From the human T2T-CHM13v2.0 reference genome, Homo sapiens: a stretch of 64,000 bases of DNA. Location of the stretch: the NCBI RefSeq assembly GCF_009914755.1, contig NC_060937.1. The stretch is one strand, 5' to 3'. The notes below the pieces were generated by a model. It worked only from the letters and a program-made list of their open reading frames with translations. It ran no database searches and was not told the DNA's origin. Made by a program: the position numbers and the translations under genes. Numbering within the stretch: position 1 is the stretch's first letter; every line of letters starts with the position of its first letter. This document shows, piece after piece, positions 18,040-39,465 of this stretch.

Positions 18040-18165
18040 TGTAGATGTGGATTGGGAGAGCCCCTGAATTGTAGCACTCTGCTTTCCTCATCTGTAAAAT
18101 GGGTATAATCAAAGTCTTGGAAGGGTAATTGTAAAGGGGTGTGCAGACAGTGGGGTTACTGTTAT
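18040..18165 (+). mobile_element. MIR fragment
   Basis: MIR core TTTCCTCATCTGTAAAATGGG. Confidence 0.65.
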
Positions 18166-18207
18166 TTGCAAGGATCCGCCCATAGTTTTATCTGCAAATG
18201 TCACTAG

Positions 18208-18554
<347 letters not shown>

Positions 18555-18852
18555 TTTCTTTCTTTCTTTTTTTTTTTTTTTGAGACAGGGTCTCACTGTG
18601 TTGTGCAGTGGCTCGATCTTGGCTCACTGCAACCTCCGCCTCCTGGGTTCAAGCAGATCTCATGTCTCAGCCTCTCGAGCAGCTGGGAGTACAGGCACCC
18701 GCCACCACACCCAGCTAATTTTTATATTTTTTGGTAGAGATGGGGTTTCACCATGTTGGCCAGGCTGGTCTCGAACTCCTGACCTCAAGTGATTCATTTG
18801 TCTCAGTCTCCCAAAGTGCTGGGATTTCAGGCGTGAGCCACCCCACCGGGCC
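18555..18852 (-). mobile_element. Alu (AluS)
   Basis: Dimer abutting previous Alu. Confidence 0.93.
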
Positions 18853-19079
18853 TCCCAACAGGCTTTTAAAGCACCAGGGCAGCAGGGCACTGGGCCAACA
18901 GGTATATTTGGGAATGTGCATTTGGTTTCATGTGTAATAGGAAAGAGATTAATTAAGGTTGTTAGTGTGGCCTAATACTAAATTTCAGGAAGCCTCACAG
19001 GACACATGAAACAAATCTTTACAACACATATGTGTTTTCATGCTGCTGAACATTTTGAAGACGTTTTGCCATGCTGGAG

Positions 19080-19235
19080 TTTGTTTGTTTTGTTTGTGTT
19101 TTTGTTTGAGGTGCCGTCTTATTCTGTCTCTCAGGCTGGAGTGCAGAGTTCAGTGGCACAATCTTGGCTCACTGCAACCTCCACCTCCCAGGTTCAAGCT
19201 ATTCTTCTGCCTCAGCCTCCCGAGTAGTGCCTGGC
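19080..19235 (-). mobile_element. Partial Alu (right arm)
   Basis: CAGGCTGGAGTGCAG...CCTCAGCCTCCCGAGTAG. Confidence 0.88.
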
Positions 19236-20007
19236 TGCTGTTTTTTTTTTTTAATTGTTAAATTAGATGGGCTCAGTATTACCGTGCCTTGATGGAGTTT
19301 CTAGTTGAGGGATCAGTGTCATTTCTGGGTCCCCATCAGAATTACGTTCAAGCTATAAGTAGTTATGCAAAGTCGTAGGTTAAATGATTTGGGAATAAAA
19401 TGTCATTTGACGTGACAGAAATGAACCCTTGGAGGCCCACATTTCCACTGGGACTTGCTCTCAGTTCCAGTTCTCATGTTAAGTAATTTTATTAACTGAG
19501 GCAAGGAGGGGCATGCGGTGACAAGGGAAATATTTTTTGCTAACATTTTAATCCTAATCACAAAATTTATTGTGTGTGGCTTTATATGCATTTGTAGCTA
19601 TAAAGCCCTGGAAGATGATGAAAGTAAAAATTAGAATGTGTGGTTTTTCTGCCCAGGTGTTATTTAAAGCATTGTATGAATTGTCAAAAAGATTAATTGT
19701 TGTTGCTTGCAGCTAAACAGATGATAAATTTTAAAATTATATTATTACTGTGTGTCAGCATAAAAGCTCTGTGTCCCAAGTGTGTCACCTTTTTCTGTTG
19801 CTGTTGACAAGGTTCACATTTTATAGCACACCGCCAGAAGGTGTTGACATATATTCAGATTACTGATTAAATGTTTTTAAAACGTGCCACTCAGAAACTA
19901 ACACTGATGTTCTATGAAAGAGTCATTTTTCGGAGTAAGATTTTTTTTTTCCCTTCATCATTAACATGGAGGAAATGTTAAACACTGACATTTTAAAAAA
20001 TGAACCT

Positions 20008-20942
<935 letters not shown>

Positions 20943-21075
20943 CCTAATGTTACTGCACTTTCCCATTTCAAATTGCAGCCAGCAATGAAAACAGGCATTA
21001 GCATTCCCATTTCTTCTCTTCTCCTTCACTGGAAGGGCAACAACAAACACACCCACGGTGTAAAAACAGCACCAA

Positions 21076-21369
21076 GGCCGGGTGCAGTGGCTCACACCTG
21101 TAATCTCAGCACTTTGGGAGGCCGAGGCATGCGGATCACCTGAGGTCGGGAGTTCGAGACTAGCCTGACCAACATGGAGAAACCCCATCTCTACTTAAAA
21201 TTAGGCGAGCATGGTGGCGCGCGCCTATGATCCCAGCTACTCAGGAGGCTGAGGCAGGAGAATCACTTGAACCTGGAGGCGGAGGTTGCGGTGAGCGGAG
21301 ATCGCACCATTGCACTCCAGCCTGGGCAACAAGAGAAAAACTCCATCTCAAAACAAAACAAAACAAAAC
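21076..21369 (+). mobile_element. Alu (AluSp-like)
   Basis: TSD AACAGCACCAA (21065-21075, 21370-21380). Confidence 0.95.
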
Positions 21370-22189
21370 AACAGCACCAAGGAAGGCGCTAAATGGCTAC
21401 TTGTAAACAACCCAGGTTGGACACTGGACCCACGACAAGGAGGCAAGTTCCGTCCTGTGGTGGTGTTTGTGATGGGAAGTCTGGGGCTTTGACTCCCTCA
21501 AGTTTCCAGGCTAACACACACAACTCTTCCCAGCAGCTGAGGGGCCCCGAAGCCTTGATGTCCCTTTCACGTTGAAGGACCTCACTGGTCTTGGCTGTTT
21601 GCGTTTTGTGGATGGAGTGGGCCAGTCTTCAGAGAACTCAAATGTGTATTTGCTGCAGGGAGTGATAAGTAAACATAATGCCTCAAGAATCAACATTTGA
21701 ATGCTTTTCTTTTTGGCGTTAAGGTATAATGGGACACTGGCAATATATGCTGTCTCTCTGAACACAGCATGAAAGAACTTGAAAACAAATGATTTAGTAT
21801 TCATTACGGAAAAGTTGGATTTTTTTCCCTCTCTGATTGTCAAGATTTCTTCGTCGATGTCAGTTTTCCAGTGTGAATTTTTCCTCTCCACTCAGAGGAA
21901 GTTGACGTTGGTTCAGTGATGTTACAGAGGATGCTGTAAGACAGCCAGGAGCCCAGGCCGGTTGTCACTTCATCCCAGCATGGTGCAAAGTTAGAGATGT
22001 TGCAGTGACAGCCTTGGGTGCCCTCAGGGGCAACCAAGTCTCTAAATAATCTCTGTGACCAAAAGTACATAGGAGGTTGTAAATATCCCACAACAAAAAT
22101 AAAGATAGCTGCCATTTCCCAGAACTTAATGCATATCAGGAAATGTTACCTCTTTATATATATTGTCTCATTTAAATCCAGTAAGATAG

Positions 22190-22515
<326 letters not shown>

Positions 22516-22553
22516 TGAGGATGTGGTTTTATTCCCATTTAACAAAGGCTTGA

Positions 22554-22945
<392 letters not shown>

Positions 22946-23008
22946 ACTGACATTCAGCAGCTACTGACTGATTGTCTACTATGTGTTAGGCATTGTTTTC
23001 ATCACACC

Positions 23009-23187
23009 TTTTATTTTTTGTTTTGTTTTTTAGGGACAGAGTTTTGCTTTGTGGCCCAGGTGTAGTGCAGTGGCATGATGTTTGCTCACTGCAGCCTCGA
23101 GCTCCTGGCCTCAAGTGATCCTCCTGTTTTGGCCTCCCAAAATGCTAAGGTGCTGGGATCACAGGTATGCGCCACTCCGCTCAGCCC
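23009..23187 (-). mobile_element. Monomer-length or recombined old Alu
   Basis: ~180-bp Alu homology with poly-T. Confidence 0.85.
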
Positions 23188-23252
23188 ACATATTTTTAAG
23201 TCTGCTTTTTAACCTAATTTACTTATTTTGGGGGTCTTAAAAAATTGGCTCA

Positions 23253-23555
<303 letters not shown>

Positions 23556-23739
23556 CCTATTTAAAAATGAAGGCTCATGCAGAATGCTCTGCAAGTTCAA
23601 AATAAAACAGAGCTCTGAGCGCCTAGAGGCTTTTTGCCTTAAGGGGCGAGGAGGAAAAAGATTAAGATGCTCCTTGGAAAATAGCCCTTTTTGGCTCCAT
23701 CTCCTTTACTGTGGTCACCTGCACATGCCTTTAGTTCTT

Positions 23740-23915
23740 CTGGATTTATATCTAAGCACGTTGCTCTGCTACATAAGAAGCTGACAACATCAGTTACCTT
23801 CCTGGAGGTGAAGGAGAGACAAAGGGGCTGAGTGGGTGAGAGGAATACTTTCCACCATGAACTCTTTGGTACCTTTCGGAACCACGTGAATACAGTATCT
23901 TTTCAAAAGAAAAGG
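23740..23915 (+). mobile_element. Very old L1ME-like 3' end fragment
   Basis: GTTACCTT...GGGTGAGAGG...ACCACGTGAATACAGTATCTTTTCAAAA pattern. Confidence 0.4.
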
Positions 23916-24075
23916 GTGCTATATTCATTGTCCTAGACTATTAAGCACTTTAAAAGGCACTTCAGGTAATCTAGTTGAAGTGCAAATTTCACTGAACCCA
24001 GACTATTATGCAAACAGGACTAGCTCTGTATTTATTCTTTTATGTTGTGGCTTGCCATCCAATTTGTGTTTCCGG

Positions 24076-24135
24076 GGCTGGGCACGAGGTGGCTCTAGCC
24101 TGTAATCCCCGCAGTTTGGGAGGCCAAAGCAGGCG
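24076..24135 (+). mobile_element. Alu 5' fragment
   Basis: GGCTGGGCAC...GCCTGTAATCCC...TTTGGGAGGCC. Confidence 0.8.
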
Positions 24136-24188
24136 ATCAGTTGGGGCCACCATCTCCATTGTCCCTTTTTAAATTTAAGTGACCATAG

Positions 24189-24572
<384 letters not shown>

Positions 24573-25160
24573 AAAATTAGTTCATTTTTTATACATGTCC
24601 TTTACACAGGAGATGTATTCAGAAAGATTATCTATATTTTTTCCTTTAAACAATGCATTTGTTTGTTTGTTTTATTTGTAAGCTCATCTCCTGGGTTTAG
24701 AGCAGAATGAAAAATTTGACCTTAATCTTCTCTTATCCACTGGTTGGAAGCTCCTACTTTTATGTCAACAGACATAAAAAAGCTTATACATATAAGATAA
24801 TGTATAGCATGCATAAAGATTTATAGAATGCTATGTCTCATAAATTTCACAGTTATAAAACAAAACCTAAGCTTATGCATGTGGAGATATTCCTGTGTTT
24901 GCAGTTGTCAGTGACTTCTAGAGAATGTGGTAAAGGAAAAAAGCACCTGTGGAAGTTATTTATGTAAAAGTTGCTTATGTAAAGACTCAAGCCATTAACA
25001 AGAGAAGGAGACTTCTTTATATTGTTAATGACATTCAGATCTTTCTTCTGAATGAGGGTTGTCACTCTGAATGAGTGTTGTCATTCATTTCCTCCAAGCC
25101 TTCAGATATCTTTTTCCTTTATCTGACACATTTCAGGAAAGAGTAAGGGAAAGATTTATT

Positions 25161-25299
25161 TATATTACTTTGATGGTTTCATTTTCTTTGTGGAAGTCCA
25201 GTGACCCAGATATAGAGATCTTCTTGGAATATATTACTTTGATGGTTACTTTCTCTTTTTGGAAGTCCAGTGACCCAGTTATACGGATGTCCTCAGAAC
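25161..25299. repeat. Two-copy tandem duplication, 69-bp period
   Basis: TATATTACTTTGATGGTT...TGGAAGTCCAGTGACCCAG starts at 25161 and 25230. Confidence 0.9.
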
Positions 25300-26204
25300 A
25301 TTTGAAGTCTAGTTCTGCATTATAAAATAGCCCAGTTGCCATAGGTTGATTTCCTGTAAACCTAAATCATGATTGCAAACTAATTTGGATGCTAATTAGG
25401 ACTCATATAATGATTATATCAATTTATAACTTGTCTAACAACAATGCATTTCTTTCTTTGCTAGGTTAAGTATTTACACTATGACCTGTGAACAGGGAAA
25501 CCGGCCTGTGTTGAGTACTTTCTATGAGCCAGGTGCTCGACTGTGTACAAACTTAGAAGAACCAGGTGCACACGCCAGGTTTGGGGGCCGTTTGACAGTC
25601 AGCATTCAATAAATGTGTTGTTTAAGTTGATATAATTAATTTAAAAGGAAGTAGCAGGTGATGGTAGTACACTTCATTGTCCTAGAATATTAAATACTTT
25701 GTTGTCAGCAGACGGACTTCTTTCATATGCACAGGTCATCTTGAGCACGGATCCTAAGCCTAGTCTTTAATCCTTCCTAGCATCCTACATGAGCCAAACT
25801 TAGACAAAAAACAAGGCAACTCTTGGTTATCTAGGGCAATTTGAAATCTCAGCTACCTCCACTGTGTCCAGCTCACCGCAGTTATGCATCTATTTACAAC
25901 ATTATGTTTGCAACATTATGTTTAAGCAAACCACAATGAAAGCATTAAACATAGAATAACTATGATCCAGCAATTTTACTTCCAAGCATATACCGAAAAG
26001 TGTTCAAAGCAGGGACTCAGATACTGTGTTCCTGGGTACATGGGTACACCCATGTTTATAGCAGCATTATTCTTGATAGCCAAAAGATGGAAGCAACCCA
26101 GGTGTCCATCGACAGGTGAATGGGTAACTACAATGTGGTGTACACATGCACACACACACACACACGCAAGAATATTATTCAACCTTAAGAAAGAATGAAA
26201 TTCT

Positions 26205-26598
<394 letters not shown>

Positions 26599-26798
26599 CT
26601 AGAGTAGTCAAATTCACAGCACAGAAATGCGAATGGTGGTTACCCGGGGCTGGGGGGAAGGAGGGAATGGGGAATTGGTGTTAGTGGGCTTACAGTTTCA
26701 GTAGGGGGTGATGGAAAAGTTCTAGAGATACATAGTGGTAATGGATGCACAATATTGTGAAAGGACAAAACTATACCTAAAAATGGTTCAAATGCTAA

Positions 26799-27133
<335 letters not shown>

Positions 27134-27702
27134 GTATTTTGCCCCAATTTTTAAAAGCAACATAATAAAGACAAAGCCACTGGGAAGGATATAAAATGCC
27201 CCTGAGCCAAACACTGTATAGCCAAAAGAGCAAAACTACAAAAACTGCACCAAGCTTCTTTGTAAATTCATTCTTCCACCCTCCAGGACACTCTTGCCTG
27301 GTTTGCATCCTGAGAGTCTCCTGGGGTTCCAGTTATTTCAAGGTCACAGTCAGGTAGGCACGGTGGCTGTGCTATGGTGGAAATGGCTTTTGGATTCCTC
27401 GTAATTTTGGATTATCGGTGCCCTGTTTTTCTGAGACCAAAACTTATCAATAGAGTATTACGGAAGGTGATATGTAGTAAGTGCACCTTTCTTGGGCATT
27501 CAGTCTAAATTCAATAGTAAAGGGAAAATCACATATAGTCAAGTCCAAATTGCTCATGATGTTACAGTAGATCTACATGTCCCTAACTTGATTACCTATT
27601 TTCCCTCCAGCACTGGAGTGCATCTCTGCTTCTTCAGCCGAGCTCCAGAAGGAGAAGATGGCTGCATTTAGAGTCAGACTGGAGGAAAAGGAGCATTTTG
27701 AT

Positions 27703-27923
27703 ATTTTATTTTATTTTTATTTATTTTTTAGAGACAGGTTCTTGTGTTGTCATCCAGACTGGAATGTAGTGGTTGCAGCTCACTGCAGCCTTGACCTCCT
27801 GGGCTGAAGCCATCCTCAAGCCTCAGCCTCCTGAGTAGCCAGGACTACAGGTGCCGTGCCACCAAGCCCAGCGAATTTTTGTATTTTTTTGTAGAGACGG
27901 ATCCTGCTGTGTTGTCCAGGCTT
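27703..27923 (-). mobile_element. Partial AluJ
   Basis: Right arm plus part of left arm. Confidence 0.88.
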
Positions 27924-28145
27924 GAAATTTGATTTTAAACATATTAGGCATCACACTAAGCCCCCAAGACAAGATAGAAGCTTACAGAACCTTGACTATC
28001 TGGAATGACTTTCACAGAGTGATTTCATCTTTCTTCTTACCCTCAATGAGTAACGTGAAGGCTGAGCAGGTCATACTGTTCAAATTATTTATCTTCTTTA
28101 GACTTTTTTCTTCCAAACACCAGTAGTTGAATTTGAGTACTTTAA

Positions 28146-28476
<331 letters not shown>

Positions 28477-28884
28477 TGGATTAATGATTTCGAATGAACA
28501 TTTACAATGATATGTTTTATAATAAAACACATTAAAAAGTTTGAAACACTAGTTACTAGAAACAGTTCTCTCTGTAATGACAGTTAGTCATGTTGTTGCT
28601 GCAGTGACAGTTGACTTGGTGTGAGGGTATTGATAAAGCCTGGTGATTTGTACACTTGCCCATATTATGCTTTTCCCAGGCTAGCTATGCAAATCTCATT
28701 TCCCTTACATTTGAAAGTCATTTCAGAATTGTTTCATTAGGGTTGAGGCAAGCACAAATCATGAATGCCTGTGTCTTCTACCACCAAACAGATTCTGTTG
28801 GACCCACAACTGATATGCTTTCAGCCAGGTTCCATTTAGCATTCACCCTGGACTTAGGGACTCTACAAGAGTGCTGGGTATTTA

Positions 28885-29186
28885 GTTTTGTTTTGTTTTG
28901 CTTTTTGAGACAGAGTCTTGCTCTGTCACCCAGGCTGGATTGAAGTGGCGCAATCTCAGCTCACTGCAACTTCCACCCCCTGGGTTCATTCTCCTGCCTC
29001 AGCCTCCCAAGTAGCAGGGATTACAGGTGCCCACTACCACACCCGGCTAATTTTTTTGTATTTTTGGTAAAGACTGGGTTTCACCATGTTGGCCAGGCTG
29101 GTCTTGAACTCCTGACCTCAGGTGATCCACCCGCCTTGGCCTCCCAAAGTGCTAGGATTACAGGCGTGAGCCCTCACACCCGGCCT
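28885..29186 (-). mobile_element. Alu (AluS)
   Basis: Full dimer; TSD TGCTGGGT(A/G)TTT. Confidence 0.95.
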
Positions 29187-29359
29187 GATGCTGGGTGTTT
29201 TGTACAGTGGTCCCACCTTACTGTGTAGAAATTCTCAGTCATCCACCTAATTTGTTTATTTCCCATTCATATACTTCATTTATTCACTCACTCACTTGGC
29301 CATTTATGCATATTTATTGATTTTGTTAAAAAGATACCTGAATGAGTGGAACACTGAGA

Positions 29360-29589
29360 TGATATAGTGGAATGGACGGATAGTGGTTAGCCCCTTGGAC
29401 CCATGAGGGCCAGGTTCTGAAATTCCAGCTCTGAAATTCTACCAGCTGGTTGACCTTGGGCAAATTACTTAGCTTCTCTGTGCCTCATTTCTTCATTTAT
29501 AAAATGGAGATAATAGGTTAAGAGGGTTAGATGAGACATTCATTCATAGTACTTGGCACACAGTAAGAGCCCAGTAAATACTAGCTGTT

Positions 29590-29592
<3 letters not shown>
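29360..29592 (+). mobile_element. MIR, near full length
   Basis: TGACCTTGGGCAAATTACTTAGCTTCTCTGTGCCTCATTTCTTCATTTATAAAATGGAGATAATA...TGGCACACAGTAAG. Confidence 0.85.
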
Positions 29593-30297
<705 letters not shown>

Positions 30298-30807
30298 AGC
30301 TGGCAGCACCGTCCTCCGCTACTGTGTTTCTCATTGACCCGAGAACCTGCCTTTGTCCATGTCCTGGCCAATGGGAGATACATTTTCTCCTTCTCAGCTT
30401 GTATTCCTGTCCTTTTCTTTCTTTTTTTACAAAATAGCATACAAAAAAGTTCCTAGCAAGAAGAGGTGCTCCAGAAGTTCCCTGGCTGTTTCATTCCTGT
30501 GTCTCTTCCTAAAAAGCTGCAGTTGAAAAGATAGAATTTGTTTTCTCTTAGCACATTCTTCTCACTTTCTAAGCTTGATTTTTCTTTCTTTGAAAGAGTG
30601 TAACCCCTTCAAAATTAACTCCTAGAGATTGCTCACCTCCCTCCCAAACTTTCGATGAGGAGCGTTTATTTTGTAGACTCTTATGTGTGAATTCTTTCAA
30701 TAAATAGGGGATGCAGAGAAGCAGCTTTGTGGAGTGAAGCAGTAGGAAAGAGCCTGTTGGGGAGAGAGCTTCGCCACTGCATTTCAGTAGCTGGTTTCGC
30801 CCCTACC

Positions 30808-31116
30808 TTTTTTTTTTTTCTTTCTTTCTTTTTTTTTTTTTTTTTTGAGACGGAGTCTCGCTCTGTCGCCCAGTCTGGAGTGCAGTGGCGCTATCTGGGC
30901 TCACTGCAAGCTCCGCCTCCCAGGTTCACGCCATTCTCCTGCCTCAGCCTCTCCGAGTAGCTGGGGCTACAGGCGCCCGCCACCAAGCCCGGCTAATTTT
31001 TTGTATTTTCAGTAGAGATGGGGTTTCACCGTGGTCTCGATCTGCTGACCTCGTGATCTGCCCGCCTCGGCCTCCCAAAGTGCTGGGATTACAAGCGTGA
31101 GCCACCGTGCCCGGCC
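30808..31116 (-). mobile_element. AluY
   Basis: GCAAGCTCCGCCTCCCAGGTTCACGCCATT; CpG-rich; small internal deletion. Confidence 0.95.
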
Positions 31117-31785
31117 CACCCTTACCTATTTTTAAATGGTGACTTGTGTTTTTATTTGTTTGTTTTTAAAGACACTTGAAATTGGACAGTGTTTCTCCAT
31201 CCTCTCCAGAGGCCCAGAGCAATGTCGCAAGGATGCATTCTGGACGAGGCAGTCACGGGGCCGCACATGGCATTTGTTCTTCTCAGGGACCGTCTGCTGT
31301 GTTTCTCTGCCCCAGTGGAGCTGGGGGAATAATAAAGCTCTTATTATTTATACTGCACAGCATTTTTTTCAGTGGTCCTTGTCATTGAGACTTATGAAGA
31401 CAATGTAGGACAAGAGGGAACTTGTGAGTTTTTATGCAGGTAGGGAAGAAAAGTAAAAGGGGCTATATTTCCAGGGATATTGCTTTTTCCCAAACCCCTG
31501 CACTTCCCCAGTCCTTTTCTTTATCTTCCTTTCCCAAATGAGAGGTGTCCTTCTTCTCCGGTATCAGCCCCCTAGTTTCTTCCCTGTCCTCGGGGAATCT
31601 TGGTACACCATTTAGCCCCTGTCTTGGTTTTTGACTCTGTCCCTTTGTGGAATTCTTACCCATAGCTTACAGTGATGTTTCACATACATCTCTGCCAAAG
31701 ATGAAGTGGAAAATAACCTTTGCTTTGTAAGCACATCTCCTTCAAGCTATCGACAAGTCTCCTGGCTTCTCTTAGTTTCTAACCC

Positions 31786-32075
31786 CTTTTTTTTTTTTTT
31801 TTTTTTTTTGAGACAGAGTTTTGCTGTTGTTGCCCAGGATGGAGTGCAGTGGCGTGATCTCGGCTCACTGCAACCTCCGTCTCCTAGGTTCAAGTGATTA
31901 TCATGCCTCAGCCTCCTGAGTAGCTGGGATTACAGGCGTCTGCCACCACACCCAGCTGATTTTTGTACTTTTAGTAGAGAGGGGTTTTGCCAGGCTAGTC
32001 TCGAGCTCCTGGCCTCAAGTGATCTGACTGCCTTGGCCTCCCAAAGTGCCAGGATTACAGGTGTGAGCCACTGCT
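31786..32075 (-). mobile_element. Alu (AluS)
   Basis: Dimer with long poly-T. Confidence 0.94.
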
Positions 32076-32308
32076 CACAGTTATCTATTTGTCTTAGTCC
32101 ATTTAGGCTGCTATAACAAAATACCATAAACTGGGTGTCTTATAAGCAACAGAAATTTATTTCCCACACTTCTGGAGACTTGGAGGTCCAAGATCAGGCA
32201 GTGGCAGGTTCAGTGTCTGGTGCTAAGGAAGCACCTGCGCCTCCCGGTCCACAGACGCACACCTTCTCACTGCGTCCTCATATGACAGAAGGGGTGAGGG
32301 AGTCCGTC

Positions 32309-32903
<595 letters not shown>

Positions 32904-33236
32904 GGGAGTCTGTCTTTTATAAAGGTGCTGATTTCATTTATGAGAGCTCAGTCCTCGTGACTAATCACCAACCAAAGGCCTCACCTCCACATTTGATCAC
33001 ACTGGGAATGAAGACTTCAACATACTTTGCAGGGGACAGAAACATTCTGTCTATAGTACCATTAACTTTCTGCTATGGAAGTTGAAGACAGTTCTCTTTT
33101 GTCGTATTATACCCCTGATACACACTTCAGTGTTTATACTGTGCCAAGGAAAGCAGTGTTCACAGCTGAGCCATACGGTACACTACAATTTTCCTTTCTC
33201 ATATAACTTTTTGTCCCCTTGGAGTTAGCAATTGAC

Positions 33237-33697
<461 letters not shown>

Positions 33698-34177
33698 TAG
33701 GCCAGCTGCATTTCTGTGTTTCTAAAACTTCCATTGTTTATAAAACACCATAATCCTGGCGTTTGCTCTGTTTGTACTCTGTATTTCCAGTATCTGGAAA
33801 CCATGTCTTCTTTCTTGGCTTATTTCCTCATTCAGGGCTGTGTGTCTTCTAGTAGTTATGTGAAAAGAGGGTTCGTGAAAGTTAAATGTTTTTGAGGCTA
33901 TATGTCTGAAGAGGTCTTTGGTGTTCTTCAGACTTCATGGAAAACATTTTCCCTAAGAATGTTAAAGGCATTGCTCCCTTTTTTGCTTCTAATGCTGCCA
34001 TTGCTTTAAAATGGTGCCATTTTGATTCTTGATCCTTTTTCTGTAAATTTTTTTCTCTCTTGAAAATCTCTTTCTTGAAGATCTCTCTTGAAGATCTCTT
34101 TCTCCCTAGTCCTCTCAAACTTTGCATTGATGTACTTTGATGGGATCATTTTTGTTAATTATGTAGGTGTTCCATAG

Positions 34178-34546
<369 letters not shown>

Positions 34547-34592
34547 CAAATTTTTATTTTTGATAGCTTTTTCATGTTCTCTAATGTTTCTG

Positions 34593-34892
<300 letters not shown>

Positions 34893-35015
34893 TGTTTGTT
34901 TGTTTGTTTTTGAGACAGGGTCTTGCTCTGTCACCCAGGCTGGAGTGCAGTGGTACAATCTCGGCTCATTGCAGCCTTGACCTCCTGGGCTCAAGCAATC
35001 CTCTACCTCAGCCTA
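34893..35015 (-). mobile_element. Partial AluJ (3' part)
   Basis: Right-arm fragment. Confidence 0.88.
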
Positions 35016-35240
35016 CCATGTTTCTTTTATAAATGATATTTTATTCCTGTTTTTGCATGTATTATAATATCTTATTTCTCTGTTTGTTCTGTTTTTTGCT
35101 CTGTTCTGCTCTTTGCATTGTCCGTTTCTCTTGAGTGCTCTTCCTGGTTGTTTGTTTCGGTTTTTATCTTTCAAGTTGATAACTTTTGTCGAAGGTCTGG
35201 TGGTGTTTGACTGTCAGTCCATATTTAAAAATGAGGAACT

Positions 35241-35880
<640 letters not shown>

Positions 35881-36297
35881 GGAGGAACGTAACCATCAAT
35901 AGAGAGTTATTTGTGTATGGAACTGATGGGCCTCACTGTAAGGTTATCAGCTGGGGGCCCACCAGCTTCACCAGAGGATCACCACATATCAGTGTCTGTA
36001 GGCTTGTTCTCCTGGGCTCTTCTGTTTTTCAGAGAGGTATCCTGTGCTCTCCAGCTTCGGGGGATTAGACCTGGCTTCCAGCATTCTAGAAGCCAAGGCT
36101 AGGAGGCAACTGGGGAATTCTCATTATTCCATACCTGGACTTTCACTCAGCCCGTTTCAGCTTTTGACTAACTCCTCCCCTTCACTGTGTTTTGCCTCCA
36201 CAAAGTGAAAGCTTTTTGGGGTTCCATTTCTCCAGGGATTTACTTCCTTTGCCCTTTTGGAATGGGACAGGTTAAGGTCTAAGTGCTCTTTATAGAG

Positions 36298-36566
36298 ATT
36301 TTCTTTTTTTCTTTTTCTTTTCTTTTTTTTTTTTTTGAGACAGTCTCACTCGGACTGGAGTGCAGTGGTGTGATCTCAACTCACTGCAGCCTGGACCTCT
36401 AGGGCTCAGGTGATCCTCCTGCCTTAGCCTCCCAAGTAGCTGGGACTACAGGTGCATGCCACCATGCCTGGGTAATTTTTTGTATTTTTTATAGAGCTCA
36501 AGGAATCCACCCGCCTTGGCCTCCCAAAGTGCTGGGATTACAGGTATGAATCACTACACCCGGCCT
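36298..36566 (-). mobile_element. AluJ with internal deletions
   Basis: Dimer remnants. Confidence 0.9.
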
Positions 36567-37073
36567 GTACGGATTTTCAAACAATCCTTTTGTTCCAACC
36601 CACTACCCTGCCTTCAGAGATACCAGGAACCTCTAGTTCCTAAGCTGTTCCAGAGTCCTGTGGTAGAAATAAGCTTGATGCTTTTGGCTTGTCATGTTTC
36701 TCAGGTCCCGGGGCTGCAGGAAGTTAGTAGTCAGTGTTTTCACTTGTTGATTCACTCTCCATTTGCCAGTGGTTTGTTAACATCTCTTATAAGGGATTGA
36801 TTCTTCTGTTATATCTGTTTCTGTGGATTTATACTCCTCCCCTCTTCATTGTGGGTTTTAGAAAGAAAGCGGAGACAAATACTAATAATAATCTGCCATG
36901 TTATTTAGCAAACTTTTTAAACATTTTTAAATTATGAATGAGTATTGAATTTTATCAAATGCTTTTTCTCCATCTCTTGAGATGTTCAAAAGGCTTTTCT
37001 TTTCTCATCTGTTAATGAAGTGAACAATAATAAAGTGTTTTGTAATGTTAAATTGTCCTTGCTTTATTGGTGT

Positions 37074-37075
<2 letters not shown>

Positions 37076-37119
<44 letters not shown>

Positions 37120-37217
37120 GACAAGGTCTCGCTATGTTGCTCAGGCTGGGCTCAAGTGATTCTCCTGCCTCAGCCTCCCGAATAGCTGAAATACTGGTGT
37201 GCGCCACCATGCCCGGC
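37076..37217 (-). mobile_element. Rearranged Alu fragment with a pure T41 tract (37076-37116)
   Basis: Poly-T then ~100 bp of Alu homology. Confidence 0.88.
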
Positions 37218-37258
37218 AGACGTCATTTTTCAGTTTGCTGAAATTCTGAATTTTATAG

Positions 37259-38015
<757 letters not shown>

Positions 38016-38042
38016 TGAACCGCTTGTATAAGATATGAATTA

Positions 38043-38701
<659 letters not shown>

Positions 38702-38929
38702 TAAAACTTGTTAGAAATTATCTGTACAACTTGGGTGTGTATGTGTGTGTGTGTGTATCTGTCTTGACTACTAATGCAGCATATTTAATAACATAGGATC
38801 ACTTCAGATTTCCTAGCTTTCATTTATTGAATTACAGTACTTTTGATTACTTATATTTATCTGGAATATAGTTCACATTCTCTGTTTTTAAGTTTATTGC
38901 CATAAAGTTGTTTTTAGCATTCTCTTACT

Positions 38930-39086
38930 GTTTTTTGTTTGTTTGCTTTTGTTTTTGTTTTTGTTTTGTAGAGACAGGGTCTCCCTAAGTTGCCCAGGCT
39001 GGTCTATAACTCCTGGGCTCAAGTGATCCTCCTGCCTGGGCCTCCCAAAGTACTGAAACTATAGGCATTAGCTACCTCTCCCAGCC
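38930..39086 (-). mobile_element. Alu left monomer (FLAM-like)
   Basis: Single monomer with (GTTTT)n tail. Confidence 0.88.
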
Positions 39087-39089
39087 TCA

Positions 39090-39465
39090 GAAGCTTTTCT
39101 ACACCCTTCCTAGGGGAATGGGGAGATAAGTAGGGGTCACTTAGGGAGTAAATGATTATGAAAAGGGGCATGGGCTTTTGCAAAAATAGGCAGTAGCCTG
39201 TCCGGACCAGGTGCCAAGTTCCAGCCTCTTCTAGGTTTGACTCCTGTTGCCTGTTAACCTCCCCTGATAGATTAAAAAAAAGAAAAAAAAAAAAAAACCT
39301 AGAGAGGGTTTTCATGACAATTGGCTTCCTTCTGGAGAATCTGCATTTCACTGGATAAGGGAGATTCAGGAAAAGCCCCTCTGCATTTGCTATTTCCCAA
39401 ATGCCTTCAGCTTGAAGTAACCAGCAAACCAATTCAGCATATTTGGGCTGGTATTTCCTGGACTC
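39090..39465 (-). mobile_element. ERV1 LTR fragment (MER34-group-like)
   Basis: Minus strand GAAATACCAGCCCAAATATGC...TTACTTCAAGCTGAAGGCATTTGGGAAATAGCAAATGCAG. Confidence 0.6.
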
